NCBI GenBank assembly: GCA_963668205.2
Contig: CAXXRZ010000005.1
Coordinates: 27,106 to 91,105, forward strand
DNA from: an uncultured Draconibacterium sp.
GTDB taxonomy: Bacteria; Bacteroidota; Bacteroidia; Bacteroidales; Prolixibacteraceae
Direction: 5' to 3'
DNA length: 64,000 bases
Shown here: in pieces, positions 27,214 through 37,654 of the stretch
Layout: the number at the start of each line of letters is the position of its first letter
Numbering within the stretch: the first letter of the stretch is position 1
Program-made: the position numbers and the translations under genes
Notes under the pieces: model-generated
What the model was told of the DNA's origin: nothing
Seen by the model: the letters and a program-made list of their open reading frames with translations, nothing else
The model's database searches: none

Positions 27214-27834
27214 TTATTTTTTCTGTGAATTTAAGACAAATTTTACATTTTCAATCCTGATTACCGGCATATCTTCAAGATCCTGGAGGGCATTTATTAA
27301 ACCTACCTTTTTATATTTTGAAAAATCCCCCGGGCTTATCCGGCAAGAGTTAACTTTTCTCTCGTATAACAAACGCTCCCGCTGTGTGCCTTTTAGCAAA
27401 TATGTGTCGGGCGCCCACCATTTTTTGCCATCGAAAAAAACCGGGTTGGCAGTAAAACTATCGGTAACACAACCGTTTTTTATAATAAGGATATCATCGC
27501 AATCCCCTCTTTTTTCAAACAATTTATGAAGTGCGCCCCTATCGGCAAATTTAAAACGATAATCAATCCCGTTATCCACAACCAGCTTAAGGCTTTCGAT
27601 TTTCCTGTATTTGTGGGGGATAAATTCAATTTTTACGATTTGTTCGGCATATGTTACCCGGCAACGGAAAAGCCCTGTCCTACAGTTTTCAGGGACAATT
27701 ATGTGCCGCTCCAGATCTATTTTGCCGGAAATGCCAAATACTTCTCCCAGCGCGTGTTCCATCCTTGCATTGTGCCACCTGAGATCGGGCAAATTCCCGT
27801 CTTTGCATTTTATGGTTTCAAACAATTGGGACAT
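27214..27834 (-). CDS. pabC: Aminotransferase class IV-like protein, probable aminodeoxychorismate lyase
   Basis: It overlaps pabB by 17 nt. The N-terminus FETIKCKDGNLPDLRWHNARM is typical of short Bacteroidota PabC-like proteins, from memory. Confidence 0.6.
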   Translation of the reverse strand: MSQLFETIKCKDGNLPDLRWHNARMEHALGEVFGISGKIDLERHIIVPENCRTGLFRCRVTYAEQIVKIEFIPHKYRKIESLKLVVDNGIDYRFKFADRGALHKLFEKRGDCDDILIIKNGCVTDSFTANPVFFDGKKWWAPDTYLLKGTQRERLLYERKVNSCRISPGDFSKYKKVGLINALQDLEDMPVIRIENVKFVLNSQKK

Positions 27835-28777
27835 ATACCTTTCCTATTAATTCTTCATACTCTTTCCTTACTTCGCTCATAAATGTAACACCCCCGCCAC
27901 TTTTATAAGTCAACTGCCCGTCTTTATTTTCGATGTAGCGGATCAGTACACATGAATCCAGGTTTTCCCCGTCAAAATATCCAAATATCCCGGTATAATA
28001 ACCGCGTTCATAACCTTCGGCATCCCTTATAATCTCAACTGTTTTTCTTTTGGGCGCCCCTGAAATGGAACCGGCAGGCAATAAGCTGAAAATAATACTG
28101 CCGATATTTTCAGGATAATTTTGGGGCAACACACCTGAAATTTGGGAACTTACCTGCCACAGATCCTTTTCGTTGGTTTTTATCAAGTCGAGGTAACGGA
28201 ATTTATCAACCTTTACGTCCTCGGCCGTAAAACTCAGATCGTTCCGTATCAAGTCAACTATTGTGTTGTGTTCTGCAATTTCTTTGGCGTCTTCCATAAT
28301 TAATTTTTCGGAATTTTTAATCCCTGCATCAATTGTTCCTTTCATCGGGAAAGAAAATATCTTCCCGTTTTCAATTTTGACAAAGGTCTCGGGCGAAAAA
28401 CAAACAAATTTGTTTTTCAGCAAAACCTTGTATTTTGCCGAACTCACATAAAAAATATCTTCCAATGTTAAATTGGTCTCAACTTCGGTTGGTTGGGTAT
28501 AATTTAGAAGATAGGTGTCGCCGCTATAAATATGGCGTTTCACCAAATCAAATCCTTTTTTGTAGCTCTCAAATGAAACCGGTTTCGTTTTCCATTTTTC
28601 AATTGTAAGGTTATTTTTGGGATGTGGCACATTTGAACGCCCAGGGATCTGGAACCAAATTTTCCCTGTCGTTTCCGGTAACGTGAGCAGTAAGGTTTTT
28701 TTCATTTCGAAATCAACCAGGAAAACAAAAGGCCCTCCATATTTTCCCAACCTGTTCATTTCATTTATTATGTCCAT
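27818..28777 (-). CDS. pabB: Aminodeoxychorismate synthase component I (chorismate-binding enzyme)
   Basis: It has FSPETFVKIENGKIFSFPMKGT, SGAPKRKTVEII, ERGYYTGIFGYFDG and GGGVT. The start is set at MDIINEM. Confidence 0.8.
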   Translation of the reverse strand: MDIINEMNRLGKYGGPFVFLVDFEMKKTLLLTLPETTGKIWFQIPGRSNVPHPKNNLTIEKWKTKPVSFESYKKGFDLVKRHIYSGDTYLLNYTQPTEVETNLTLEDIFYVSSAKYKVLLKNKFVCFSPETFVKIENGKIFSFPMKGTIDAGIKNSEKLIMEDAKEIAEHNTIVDLIRNDLSFTAEDVKVDKFRYLDLIKTNEKDLWQVSSQISGVLPQNYPENIGSIIFSLLPAGSISGAPKRKTVEIIRDAEGYERGYYTGIFGYFDGENLDSCVLIRYIENKDGQLTYKSGGGVTFMSEVRKEYEELIGKVYVPIV

Positions 28778-28880
28778 CCTACACCTTCCGTTGTTCGCGG
28801 CAAAGTTATAAAATAAAAATGCTGCCAAGATCCAGGGCTAAAACCACCCATAATTTTTATTTTTGACAAAAAATCAGCTG

Positions 28881-29555
28881 ATGATGGATATTGCAAAGAA
28901 CATTTCAGGGATAAAACAAACTTTGCCGAAAGGGGTAAAACTTGTTGCTGTGTCGAAAACCAAGCCCAACGAAGATATTTTAGCCGCCTACCATTCGGGG
29001 CATAAAATTTTTGGGGAGAACAAGGTCCAGGATTTGGCAAAAAAATACGAGGAGCTCCCGAAAGACATTGAGTGGCATTTTATTGGGCACCTCCAAAAAA
29101 ACAAGGTGAAATATATTGCCCCTTTTGTCAGCCTCATACATGGGGTGGATTCCCTGAAGTTATTGGAAATCATTAATAAGGAGGGGACAAAAAACAAGCG
29201 GGCAATCCCATGCTTGTTGCAATTCCATATCGCCGAGGAAACAACAAAGTTTGGACTTTCAATAGAAGAAGCGCACGGATTATTGGGTTCTGGCAAATTC
29301 AAATCATTAAAGAACATACAAATCAGGGGCGTCATGGGGATGGCAACCTACACCGAAGACGAAGGGCAGGTTGCCGGGGAGTTCAAGTCACTGAAAAATA
29401 TTTTTGACACAATAAAAAAGGGCTATTTCCAAAATACCAAAGAATTTTGCGAAATATCAATGGGGATGTCAGACGATTACCTGTTGGCGGTAGGCGAAGG
29501 GAGTACAATGGTGCGCGTAGGGAGTAAGATTTTTGGCGGGCGCAATAATAACTAA
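28881..29555 (+). CDS. yggS: YggS-family pyridoxal-phosphate homeostasis protein
   Basis: It has LVAVSKTKP (the PLP Lys), FGENKVQD, WHFIGHLQKNKVKY and EISMGMSDDY. Confidence 0.9.
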   Translation: MMDIAKNISGIKQTLPKGVKLVAVSKTKPNEDILAAYHSGHKIFGENKVQDLAKKYEELPKDIEWHFIGHLQKNKVKYIAPFVSLIHGVDSLKLLEIINKEGTKNKRAIPCLLQFHIAEETTKFGLSIEEAHGLLGSGKFKSLKNIQIRGVMGMATYTEDEGQVAGEFKSLKNIFDTIKKGYFQNTKEFCEISMGMSDDYLLAVGEGSTMVRVGSKIFGGRNNN

Positions 29556-29699
29556 TGACAGTCCATTCTTACAGAACGTTCCCTCGGGCTTCTCCCCTCT
29601 CCCATCATCGCCCCGTTGCCCCTCTAATTTTGCCTTTTAACTTTTCCTTAAATCCACCGGAGAATAAACCCTTTAATAGGCTTTCAGCATAAAATGAAC

Positions 29700-29707
29700 T
29701 ATTTTTG
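29700..29707 (+). promoter_or_regulatory. Bacteroidota -7 box candidate (TATTTTTG) for pfp
   Basis: Matches TAnnTTTG, 39 nt upstream of the ATG at 29746. Confidence 0.35.
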
Positions 29708-29745
29708 GGTAGATTTATGAACTGAATCAAAATGATATATCAAAA

Positions 29746-31395
29746 ATGAATATTAGTGCATTGCAAAAAGAAAGGGCCAAGTATCAGCCCAAGCTGCCAA
29801 AATCGTTGGTTGGGGCAGTAAAATTGGTAGAAGGAGAAAAAACCGAGTCGGTTGCCGACCAGGCAGAAATTGCAAAACTGTTCCCCAACACATACGGGAT
29901 GCCGCTTATCTCTTTTGAAGAAGGCGAAGCAAAAGACAGTGCCGCGCTCAACGTTGGCGTTATCCTCTCGGGGGGGCAGGCCCCGGGCGGGCACAACGTT
30001 ATTTCCGGCATCTTCGACGGCATAAAAAAAATCAGCCCCGAAAGCCGCTTGTTCGGGTTCCTGGGCGGGCCAGGCGGGTTGGTCGGACACAAATACATTG
30101 AACTTACCAGCGAAATAATCGATGAATACCGCAATACCGGCGGGTTCGACATAATCGGTTCAGGGCGCACAAAACTGGAAGAAGAAGCACAGTTCGACAA
30201 AGGCCTTGAAATTGCCAAAAAACTAGGGCTAAATGCACTGGTAATCATTGGTGGCGACGACTCGAACACCAATGCCTGCGTGCTGGCAGAATACTATGCG
30301 GCAAAAAATGCAGGGGTGCAGGTAATCGGCTGCCCGAAAACAATCGATGGCGACCTTAAAAACGAAATGATAGAAACTTCGTTTGGCTTCGATACAGCAA
30401 CAAAAGTTTACTCGGAACTGATCGGCAACATACAGCGAGATTCCAACTCGGCTAAAAAATATTGGCACTTCATCAAACTGATGGGGCGTTCGGCTTCGCA
30501 TATCGGTTTGGAATGTGCCTTAAAGACACAGCCCAACATTACTTTGATCTCAGAGGAAGTTGCAGAGAAAAAGCAGACCCTTGGGGAAATTGTGGACTAC
30601 ATGGCAGGCATTGTTGCCAAACGTGCCGAAAAAGGGGACAACTTTGGTGTTGCGCTTATCCCTGAAGGTTTGATAGAATTTATCCCCGAGATGAAAGTGT
30701 TGATATCTGAATTGAACGATTTGCTGGCAGAAGGCTCTGATACCGAAAAAGAATTTAAGTTGCTGAAAAAAAGCCACCGCAACGATTGGGTCGCTTCTCA
30801 TTTATCTGACGCTTCTTCGAAAGTGTTCAAATCGCTTCCGGCAGGCATTGCCACACAGCTCACCCTCGATCGCGATCCGCACGGCAACGTACAGGTTTCG
30901 TTGATTGAGACCGAGAAATTGCTTGGCGAAATGGTGAAGACCAAGTTGGAAGAAATGAAAAACACAGGAGGGTACGCCGGGAAATTTGGCACACAATACC
31001 ACTTCTTTGGTTACGAAGGCCGCTGTGCAGCACCCTCGAATTTCGATGCCGACTATTGCTACTCGCTGGGCTACACCGCCTCTGTACTTATTTCGGAAGG
31101 GAAAACAGGCTACATGTCGTCGGTACGTAACTTAACTGCCCCGGCAGCTGAATGGGTTGCAGGCGGAGTGCCGGTTACCATGATGATGAACATGGAAAAA
31201 CGCCACGGGCATATGAAACCTGTCATCCAAAAGGCATTGGTGGAACTTGATGGGGCACCTTATAAATTCTTTGTCTCAAAACGCGAAGAGTGGGCACTGT
31301 CTACCCAGTTTATTTATCCCGGCCCAATCCAGTACTTTGGACCTTCTGTAGTCTGCGACCAGACCACAGAAACTATAAAATTGGAAAAGGCTTAA
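29746..31395 (+). CDS. pfp: Diphosphate--fructose-6-phosphate 1-phosphotransferase (PPi-dependent PFK)
   Basis: It is 549 aa, with [36 protein letters not shown] and MGRSASH. Confidence 0.9.
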   Translation: MNISALQKERAKYQPKLPKSLVGAVKLVEGEKTESVADQAEIAKLFPNTYGMPLISFEEGEAKDSAALNVGVILSGGQAPGGHNVISGIFDGIKKISPESRLFGFLGGPGGLVGHKYIELTSEIIDEYRNTGGFDIIGSGRTKLEEEAQFDKGLEIAKKLGLNALVIIGGDDSNTNACVLAEYYAAKNAGVQVIGCPKTIDGDLKNEMIETSFGFDTATKVYSELIGNIQRDSNSAKKYWHFIKLMGRSASHIGLECALKTQPNITLISEEVAEKKQTLGEIVDYMAGIVAKRAEKGDNFGVALIPEGLIEFIPEMKVLISELNDLLAEGSDTEKEFKLLKKSHRNDWVASHLSDASSKVFKSLPAGIATQLTLDRDPHGNVQVSLIETEKLLGEMVKTKLEEMKNTGGYAGKFGTQYHFFGYEGRCAAPSNFDADYCYSLGYTASVLISEGKTGYMSSVRNLTAPAAEWVAGGVPVTMMMNMEKRHGHMKPVIQKALVELDGAPYKFFVSKREEWALSTQFIYPGPIQYFGPSVVCDQTTETIKLEKA

Positions 31396-31410
31396 GCTTA
31401 TATCTCCCAT

Positions 31411-31443
31411 GCCCGGGGCCTGGTATTGATCCGGACCCCGGGC
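31411..31443. terminator. GC-rich hairpin between convergent genes
   Basis: GCCCGGGGCCTGG-tattgat-CCGGACCCCGGGC: a 13-bp stem with one mismatch and one G-U pair. There is no clean T tract. Confidence 0.4.
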
Positions 31444-31548
31444 AACAACAGTTTATTTTCTATTATGCCCGCACTGCGGATAAAAGCAAAAAAACCGTTG
31501 CACATAAAGCACAACGGTTTAACACAATCCCAATATATTTAACTTCTG

Positions 31549-31887
31549 TTATTTTTTGGAAAGGGACAATGATATTTCTTTCTCAATTTCATCGCTTACG
31601 AAAAAAGCTTTTGGGAAATTACCGGAGTCCCATACTGAGCCGTCAATGGTAATGGTTGCCCCAATGTAATAATTCCCCTCCTCTAATCCGCTAAAAACAA
31701 AATTGCCAGAAGCATCGGTGGTTGTTTGTTTTACCACGGCAAGCGCCCCGTCATACAATTTTACGGTAATCCCCGAAACGGTATCACCTGCACTTGCAGT
31801 TCCCGAAACAGTTGCGTCATCATTGCTACAAGCAAATGCAACAAATACAACAAATGCAATTATCAATAGTTTTTTCATTATGCTCAA
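31549..31887 (-). CDS. Small lipoprotein with a carboxypeptidase-regulatory-like (Ig-like) domain
   Basis: It has lipobox FAC followed by SNDD (an export-signal-like pattern), then ITVKLYDG...TTDASGNFVFSGLEEGNYY. Confidence 0.6.
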   Translation of the reverse strand: MSIMKKLLIIAFVVFVAFACSNDDATVSGTASAGDTVSGITVKLYDGALAVVKQTTTDASGNFVFSGLEEGNYYIGATITIDGSVWDSGNFPKAFFVSDEIEKEISLSLSKK

Positions 31888-31899
31888 TTATTAAAAATT

Positions 31900-33906
31900 C
31901 TACTCTAAAACATTTTTCCATTTTTCGCTACGCCCGGTAAACCAAACTGGCAAATCGGTATCATCGTGCGAACTTACTATTGCCCAACCTGCCGGATCGG
32001 AAGAAGAAAGTGCCGGAGGATAAAAATTCCTCTCTTTCCATTTAAACACCTCATAAGGGGCGGCAGGACATGTGCCCACATAATCAATCAAGCGGCGGGC
32101 AGTTGTAAAACAAATTTCATATCCGTAGAAATTGTAATGCAAATGCAGTTGGTTGAATATTGCCTGCACTTGTTCCTGTTTTGTCATTGCATCGAAGAGA
32201 GTTGCTGCATATTCAGCATAAGTACTGGCATCGTATTTCTGATCCGGTTTGTCTGCCTCAATCCTTTTTTCATCACAAACGGTAGGGAAGGCAGGGGATG
32301 TACTTGAAGAGTATGGGTTGTCGTTGTTTATATGGTACCAATATTCGCACGACAACTCAATTGCTTTTTTATAATGCTCGCGGGCAGAACCATTTATTGT
32401 CCCAAAATCCCTCACAGCAGCTTCGGCTAAGAACAATTCGGTTTCGATTGAGGAAATTGTAGGGTAATCCATATCGTACCTAAAGAAACACCTTACATTG
32501 TACTCCGACATAAAAGTCCCGTATTTCCCGGGGTAGCCATTGGTGTCGTCCCAAGTTGAACAGGCATAGCGGAATTCCGACAATAAATATTCGTCGCGTT
32601 TCGAAAGATCAGAGTAAGCCTCATCGTCTTCCCCTATCGATATGGTATATTCGTCATCGCCCAAATCGATGGTAATGGAAGTAACGCTCAAATCTGTCAT
32701 AATAGGGTCGTTGATATAATAAGCCCTCATTAGTTTGCTGTAATAACTGTTATTGTCGGTGCCATCGTCCCAGCTGCTATATCCCCCAATATACCTGCCC
32801 AATGCATCGGGGGAGAATAAATATGCGACACGGGGGTCAACTGTCCCGTTTGCCAAGCCTTCTTCGTGGTTGTCGCCGGAAAAATAGTACAAAGTTTCGC
32901 CATTAACTACCGTATCTTTTTCGACTGGGGTGCAATGCATGACATCGTCTAAAAATTTTGCGGAGGCCCTAAAACTTACGGCAACTTCTTTAAAAGCCCT
33001 TCCAACCCCAAGTTGCCCGGGCAATTTTGAGGCATCTATTACGTCAAGGTCGGCAATACCTGCCACATCGTCATATTCGTCCAGGAAACTGGCACTGCCC
33101 ATTTCCGAGAGCGTTGATTTTGTGAGGTCGGGGTTTACCTCTGCAACTGCCATTGCACAACGCAAGCGCAAAGAATTGATCCACTTGATCCACATATCGA
33201 AATCGCCGTCAAAAATTATGTCCTGAAGGGAAAAGGAACTTAACTCGGAGCTGCTCAGATCAAGGTTTTCCAGATAAGTACATATTTCACCCAATTCCTC
33301 GATAATTATCGGATATATTTCTTGCTGATCTTTATATTCGGCCTCGTCGTTGTCCAATGCCCCTGCCGAGCCGGTTTCAAAGTAAGGCACTTCTTCATAC
33401 AGGTCGATGGCACGCTGGTATGCGTAAGCTTTTATTGCCTGCATCAATTTCATGTACAGTTCATCCAAATCCGTACGCCCGTCTTCCGACATCTTGTTGT
33501 ATTCATATTGTGCCCAAAGGATTTGTTTTATCCATTCATTCTTCAGTTTGTTGAAAACAGTCTGGTTGAAAGCATTTGCGCCCCAGTCGCTTGAAGCATC
33601 AACATCTTTCAGCCCATAAGAGACACCATAATCGGTAGTGGTATAATAAAGTTGCATACCGGTACCCATAACCCGGGTGCCACTCCTCATCATATGGTAC
33701 ATTGGGCCATACTCTCCTTTCAGCAAAAGGCTCTGGGTACACTCAGATGCAAAATAACCTGCAATTATACTTATGCCCGCGGCATCGGCTTGTTGTTTTG
33801 AAAAGCCGTCCGGATCCTGGTACAATTCTTCCAGCTTGTCTTGACAGGAGAAGGAAACCATCAAAACAAGTAGTAAAATAATTGATTTAAATATTATGTT
33901 CTTCAT
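31900..33906 (-). CDS. SusD/RagB-family nutrient-binding outer-membrane lipoprotein
   Basis: It has a lipoprotein signal (SFSC), is 668 aa, and lies immediately downstream of a SusC gene. It has TPR-like helical content, including SLRLRCAMAV. Confidence 0.8.
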   Translation of the reverse strand: MKNIIFKSIILLLVLMVSFSCQDKLEELYQDPDGFSKQQADAAGISIIAGYFASECTQSLLLKGEYGPMYHMMRSGTRVMGTGMQLYYTTTDYGVSYGLKDVDASSDWGANAFNQTVFNKLKNEWIKQILWAQYEYNKMSEDGRTDLDELYMKLMQAIKAYAYQRAIDLYEEVPYFETGSAGALDNDEAEYKDQQEIYPIIIEELGEICTYLENLDLSSSELSSFSLQDIIFDGDFDMWIKWINSLRLRCAMAVAEVNPDLTKSTLSEMGSASFLDEYDDVAGIADLDVIDASKLPGQLGVGRAFKEVAVSFRASAKFLDDVMHCTPVEKDTVVNGETLYYFSGDNHEEGLANGTVDPRVAYLFSPDALGRYIGGYSSWDDGTDNNSYYSKLMRAYYINDPIMTDLSVTSITIDLGDDEYTISIGEDDEAYSDLSKRDEYLLSEFRYACSTWDDTNGYPGKYGTFMSEYNVRCFFRYDMDYPTISSIETELFLAEAAVRDFGTINGSAREHYKKAIELSCEYWYHINNDNPYSSSTSPAFPTVCDEKRIEADKPDQKYDASTYAEYAATLFDAMTKQEQVQAIFNQLHLHYNFYGYEICFTTARRLIDYVGTCPAAPYEVFKWKERNFYPPALSSSDPAGWAIVSSHDDTDLPVWFTGRSEKWKNVLE

Positions 33907-33926
33907 CTCGATATCAATTTGATTTT

Positions 33927-36900
33927 TTATAGATTAAGTTTTATTGATGCCCCAATAGATCGCGCAGCAGGCAAAGCAGTAGTGCCAAAACTCGAACTAT
34001 CGAAACCTGTACCGTTCGATGATTCGGGAATGGTATTCGGCGCGTCTTTGTACAAGTAGCATACATTGTTGGCAAAAACAGAAAGGACAAGCCCGTTCAC
34101 TCCAAATTTCCTTGAAATTTTTGCAGGGACTTTGTAATCCAGGGCAATATTCCTTAGTGCAATATAGTCCTTTTTATATATCCTGTCCTCGGGGAAAAAA
34201 CCATTTGAAAAATAAGTCCCATAGTAATATTCTTCTGCTGAAACTACCTCATTGTTAGTTGTCCCGTCTTCCTGTACCCCATCGAGTATCACGCCATCAT
34301 GAAAAGTAGCTCCCCCATCAGGGTTTGTCCCTTTTACTTTTGCACCGCTCCCATCCAAATAGTAGGCAACGCCGCCGTGTTCTTCATCGCGGTATTTCAG
34401 GCTTTCCTTTAACATCCCCGATGCCATCATATAAGTTTCCTGTTCAGAGATAAATGTTGCCCCAAAAGAGTAGTCGAAATTCATCAACAGACGGAAATCT
34501 TTATACTCAAAAGATGTAAATACACCTCCGGTAACATCGGGCAATAGTTTGCCCACCCGTTTATTTACCGTTGACGAGTATGCATAAGCGGTCCCGTCTG
34601 TCTCTACAACATATTCCCCATTGGCAGCATCGTTTTCATCCGAGGGGTTATTGTAGCGTTGCAATCCTTTTGCCTGGTAAATCGCTCCATATTCCCCGCC
34701 AACCTCTGCCACTATATTTACGGCATTAGAACACAAAGAGTATAATGTCATCTGGGTCAAGCTGCCATCAAGTTCGATAACCTTTGTTTTGCTCCCTGCA
34801 AAAGTAAAGTTGAGGTCCCATTTAAAATCCCTTGTATATAATGGTTTGGTTTTCAGGGCAAGTTCCCAACCGTTTGTACGGACTTCCCCCGCATTCATTC
34901 GGATATAATTTACCCCTAAGCCAGAAGGGGCATCAACTGCCATAATTTGGTCATATATATTGTTATGGTAGAAAGAAAAATCCACCCCCAGCCGTTGGTT
35001 GTCGAACAAATATCCTTCCAGCCCAAATTCCAATTCGCGCTTCCGTTCTGGTTTTAAATTTGGGTTATAGTTTTCGTCCATAGGGGGCAACGAACTTGGA
35101 GGGGTCAGGGTATAAGAATTCCCTACTGCGGAAGTACTAAGGTTGACATTGCTGAAATAAATTGGGCCAGGGCGGCCGACATCTGCCCACGAAGTCCTAA
35201 TTTTAAAGAAGTTGACAACATCGGGCAAGGCTAGTGTATTTGAAGCTATCCATGTCGCGCTCGCACCAGGATAGAAGTAGCTGTTGTTTTCCGGGGGGAG
35301 GATGGACGACCAGTCGTTACGGGCCTGGACTTCAACATAAAATTGATCTTTCCATTCAAATTGAACAGATCCCAAAACACTATACAGGATACTTTCTTGG
35401 TTTTCAAACAAATAATCGGGATATACATCGGTGCCTAAATTAGAAAACGAAAAATAGTTCGGTATTACCAAGGTCCCTATCGCAGAAGCCCCTTTTTTCT
35501 CAAGGTAATTATGGCGAATAACACCCCCCACAAAACCGGAGATATTAATATCCTCCACGTCTGTGTCAAAGTTTAACATCGCCTGCCCATATGTTTTACG
35601 TATAGCCCTACTGTAGTCGGTATAAACATTGCCATCCTCTGTGCCGTAATAGTTGGCATCCTGCAACATTGCCTTATATTCGCTCCTGTCGCTGGTTATG
35701 TCAATCCCTCCCATAACCGTTGCCCCAAATGTTTTATTTATTTTGGCATCGAGGGTCAATGATTGGATATTGTGGAAACGGCTAAATTCATACTTATCCT
35801 GGGTCCAGTCCCACAAAGAATTGACAATTGAACGCCTTCCGTTCGAAATAAACTGGTTTAACCGATCTTCGTCTTGAAAGTAATTATATCCGGCATCGGT
35901 AACCATATATGACTTTAACAAATCAACGTCAATATCGGCAGCATAAGAACCTAGGCTCGAAGTGGCTCCCTGAGAGTCGAACGATTGGGTGTATGACGCA
36001 TTATAGTTTTTTGTAACATAATAGTTTGCCGAATACTTTATCGATATATAATCGTTCATTTTATAGTTCGCGCTCATACTAAAAGTGTTCTTGTCGTATT
36101 TAGCTCCTGGGATATAAGATTTCATGTGCATGTTGGTATAAGAAAAGCGCATTGAACCCTTTTCCCCCCCTGATGTCAAAGAAACATTAGAAGTATACTG
36201 CCTTCCCTGTTGGAACAATTGTTCGTAAATGGTCCTATCGTTTGCTTTCCATGGCCTGGTAGAGCCGTCCCACCAAACCAAATCCACATTGGGGTCGAAT
36301 TTTGGGCCAAAAGCAGCGCCGCTATAATCCAAGGCTCGTGCGCCGTCATCGTTTATATAAAACCCTTCGTCATCGGTAACCGTAGTGCTGGGGCTTCTGC
36401 CTGTCCCATACTGCCTTTGCAGGTCGGGCAGGAAAGCTGCATTGTCCCAAGTTGTTGTAAAAGATGCCGAGATACCCAGCCCTTTACTCTTCGCCCCACT
36501 TTTGGTGGTGATAAGGATTACCCCGTTTGCCCCTTCGCTGCCATACAATACAGAGGCCTTCGCCCCTTTTAGTATTTCAAACGAAGCAATATCATCGGGG
36601 TTGATGTCGTTAATCCCGGTACCATTGTCCCTTCCTGTGCGTGCATTGCCTGAGATAGAAGTGGTTTCGTCATGTATAGGCACCCCGTCAACAACAATCA
36701 AAGGCCGGGTATTTGAGTTTTCGTCAAAGGCAACGGCATTCCTGACATTGATCTGCATCCCCCCAGTGGGCCCTACTGCTGTTGAAGCTACCTGCACACC
36801 AGCTGCGCTTCCGTATAACGATTGCAAGGCATTTACCGGAGGGCCGCTGGCAAGTATCCTTTCGGTACTTACTTTCGAGACTGCATAGCCCAAGGCTTTT

Positions 36901-37565
36901 GCTTCCTTCTTGATGCCCAAAGCTGTTACCACAACTTCATCTATCCCCTCTGTGCTTGTTTCCATCAACACATCTATCACAGACTGCCCCTGGGTAGGTT
37001 TGTCAACAGTTTTCATCCCCACAAAAGAAAACTGGAGTACGGCACCGTCTTGCACAACAATAGAATATTTACCGTCAATATTGGTAACAGTACCGTTAGT
37101 AGTGCCTTTTTCCAGAACCGAAACGCCAGGTATCCCCAGCCCGTCTTCGCCTGTTACGGTGCCTGTTACGGCCTTTTGTTGCCCGGCAGGTTTCTTTTCG
37201 TTAAAAGTGGTCAAAACAATTTGCCTGTCTTTTATCAGGTAATTGACATTTGTCCCGTCAAAAATTTCCCCAAGGATCTTTTCAACTGTCTTGTCCCTGG
37301 CATCAATATCCACACGCCTCTCTACATCAACCATTTTTTGGTTGAACAGGAAATAAAATTCACTGTTGTTTTCAATCTCGTCCAGGACCTCTATAACTTT
37401 TGAATTGTTCATCTTTAAAGTTAATTTGGTCTGTTGGGAATAACTGGTTACTGCCCAGGCCTGAGTCAGGCTCAATAAAAGAAAAACAGCATTTAACCGC
37501 ATAATTTTCCACATTTTAGTTTTGATGCAATAATGCAATGCATCACGAATTGTTTTTTTTTTCAT
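33927..37565 (-). CDS. SusC/RagA-family TonB-dependent transducer with an N-terminal STN signalling domain
   Basis: The STN-like N-terminus reads KVIEVLDEIENNSEFYFLFNQKMVD...NYLIKDRQIVLT. A CarboxypepD_reg unit (VTGTVTGEDGLGIPGVSVLEKGTTNGTVTNIDGKYSI) follows, then a plug (ILKGAKASVLYGSEGANGVILITTK). The barrel ends SIGASIKLNL. The start is set at MKKKTIRD (37565). Confidence 0.9.
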   Translation of the reverse strand: MKKKTIRDALHYCIKTKMWKIMRLNAVFLLLSLTQAWAVTSYSQQTKLTLKMNNSKVIEVLDEIENNSEFYFLFNQKMVDVERRVDIDARDKTVEKILGEIFDGTNVNYLIKDRQIVLTTFNEKKPAGQQKAVTGTVTGEDGLGIPGVSVLEKGTTNGTVTNIDGKYSIVVQDGAVLQFSFVGMKTVDKPTQGQSVIDVLMETSTEGIDEVVVTALGIKKEAKALGYAVSKVSTERILASGPPVNALQSLYGSAAGVQVASTAVGPTGGMQINVRNAVAFDENSNTRPLIVVDGVPIHDETTSISGNARTGRDNGTGINDINPDDIASFEILKGAKASVLYGSEGANGVILITTKSGAKSKGLGISASFTTTWDNAAFLPDLQRQYGTGRSPSTTVTDDEGFYINDDGARALDYSGAAFGPKFDPNVDLVWWDGSTRPWKANDRTIYEQLFQQGRQYTSNVSLTSGGEKGSMRFSYTNMHMKSYIPGAKYDKNTFSMSANYKMNDYISIKYSANYYVTKNYNASYTQSFDSQGATSSLGSYAADIDVDLLKSYMVTDAGYNYFQDEDRLNQFISNGRRSIVNSLWDWTQDKYEFSRFHNIQSLTLDAKINKTFGATVMGGIDITSDRSEYKAMLQDANYYGTEDGNVYTDYSRAIRKTYGQAMLNFDTDVEDINISGFVGGVIRHNYLEKKGASAIGTLVIPNYFSFSNLGTDVYPDYLFENQESILYSVLGSVQFEWKDQFYVEVQARNDWSSILPPENNSYFYPGASATWIASNTLALPDVVNFFKIRTSWADVGRPGPIYFSNVNLSTSAVGNSYTLTPPSSLPPMDENYNPNLKPERKRELEFGLEGYLFDNQRLGVDFSFYHNNIYDQIMAVDAPSGLGVNYIRMNAGEVRTNGWELALKTKPLYTRDFKWDLNFTFAGSKTKVIELDGSLTQMTLYSLCSNAVNIVAEVGGEYGAIYQAKGLQRYNNPSDENDAANGEYVVETDGTAYAYSSTVNKRVGKLLPDVTGGVFTSFEYKDFRLLMNFDYSFGATFISEQETYMMASGMLKESLKYRDEEHGGVAYYLDGSGAKVKGTNPDGGATFHDGVILDGVQEDGTTNNEVVSAEEYYYGTYFSNGFFPEDRIYKKDYIALRNIALDYKVPAKISRKFGVNGLVLSVFANNVCYLYKDAPNTIPESSNGTGFDSSSFGTTALPAARSIGASIKLNL

Positions 37566-37619
37566 AGATTTGAAACATTTAAGTAGTTTTACAACAATAA
37601 ACATTAAATTACTTACCAA

Positions 37620-37654
37620 CAGGAGGGTGCCGCAAACACTCTCCTGTTTTTTTT
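37620..37654. terminator. Strong hairpin between the fecR stop and susC
   Basis: CAGGAGGGTG-ccgcaaa-CACTCTCCTG: a 10-bp stem with one G-U pair. It is followed on the plus strand by T8 and preceded on the minus strand by A8, which overlaps the fecR stop. Confidence 0.5.

Noticed and set aside
36210-37403. Plus-strand ORFs of 110-193 aa
   Set aside because: They are antisense to the SusC gene. The translations are Pro/Ser/Cys-rich with no recognisable domains.
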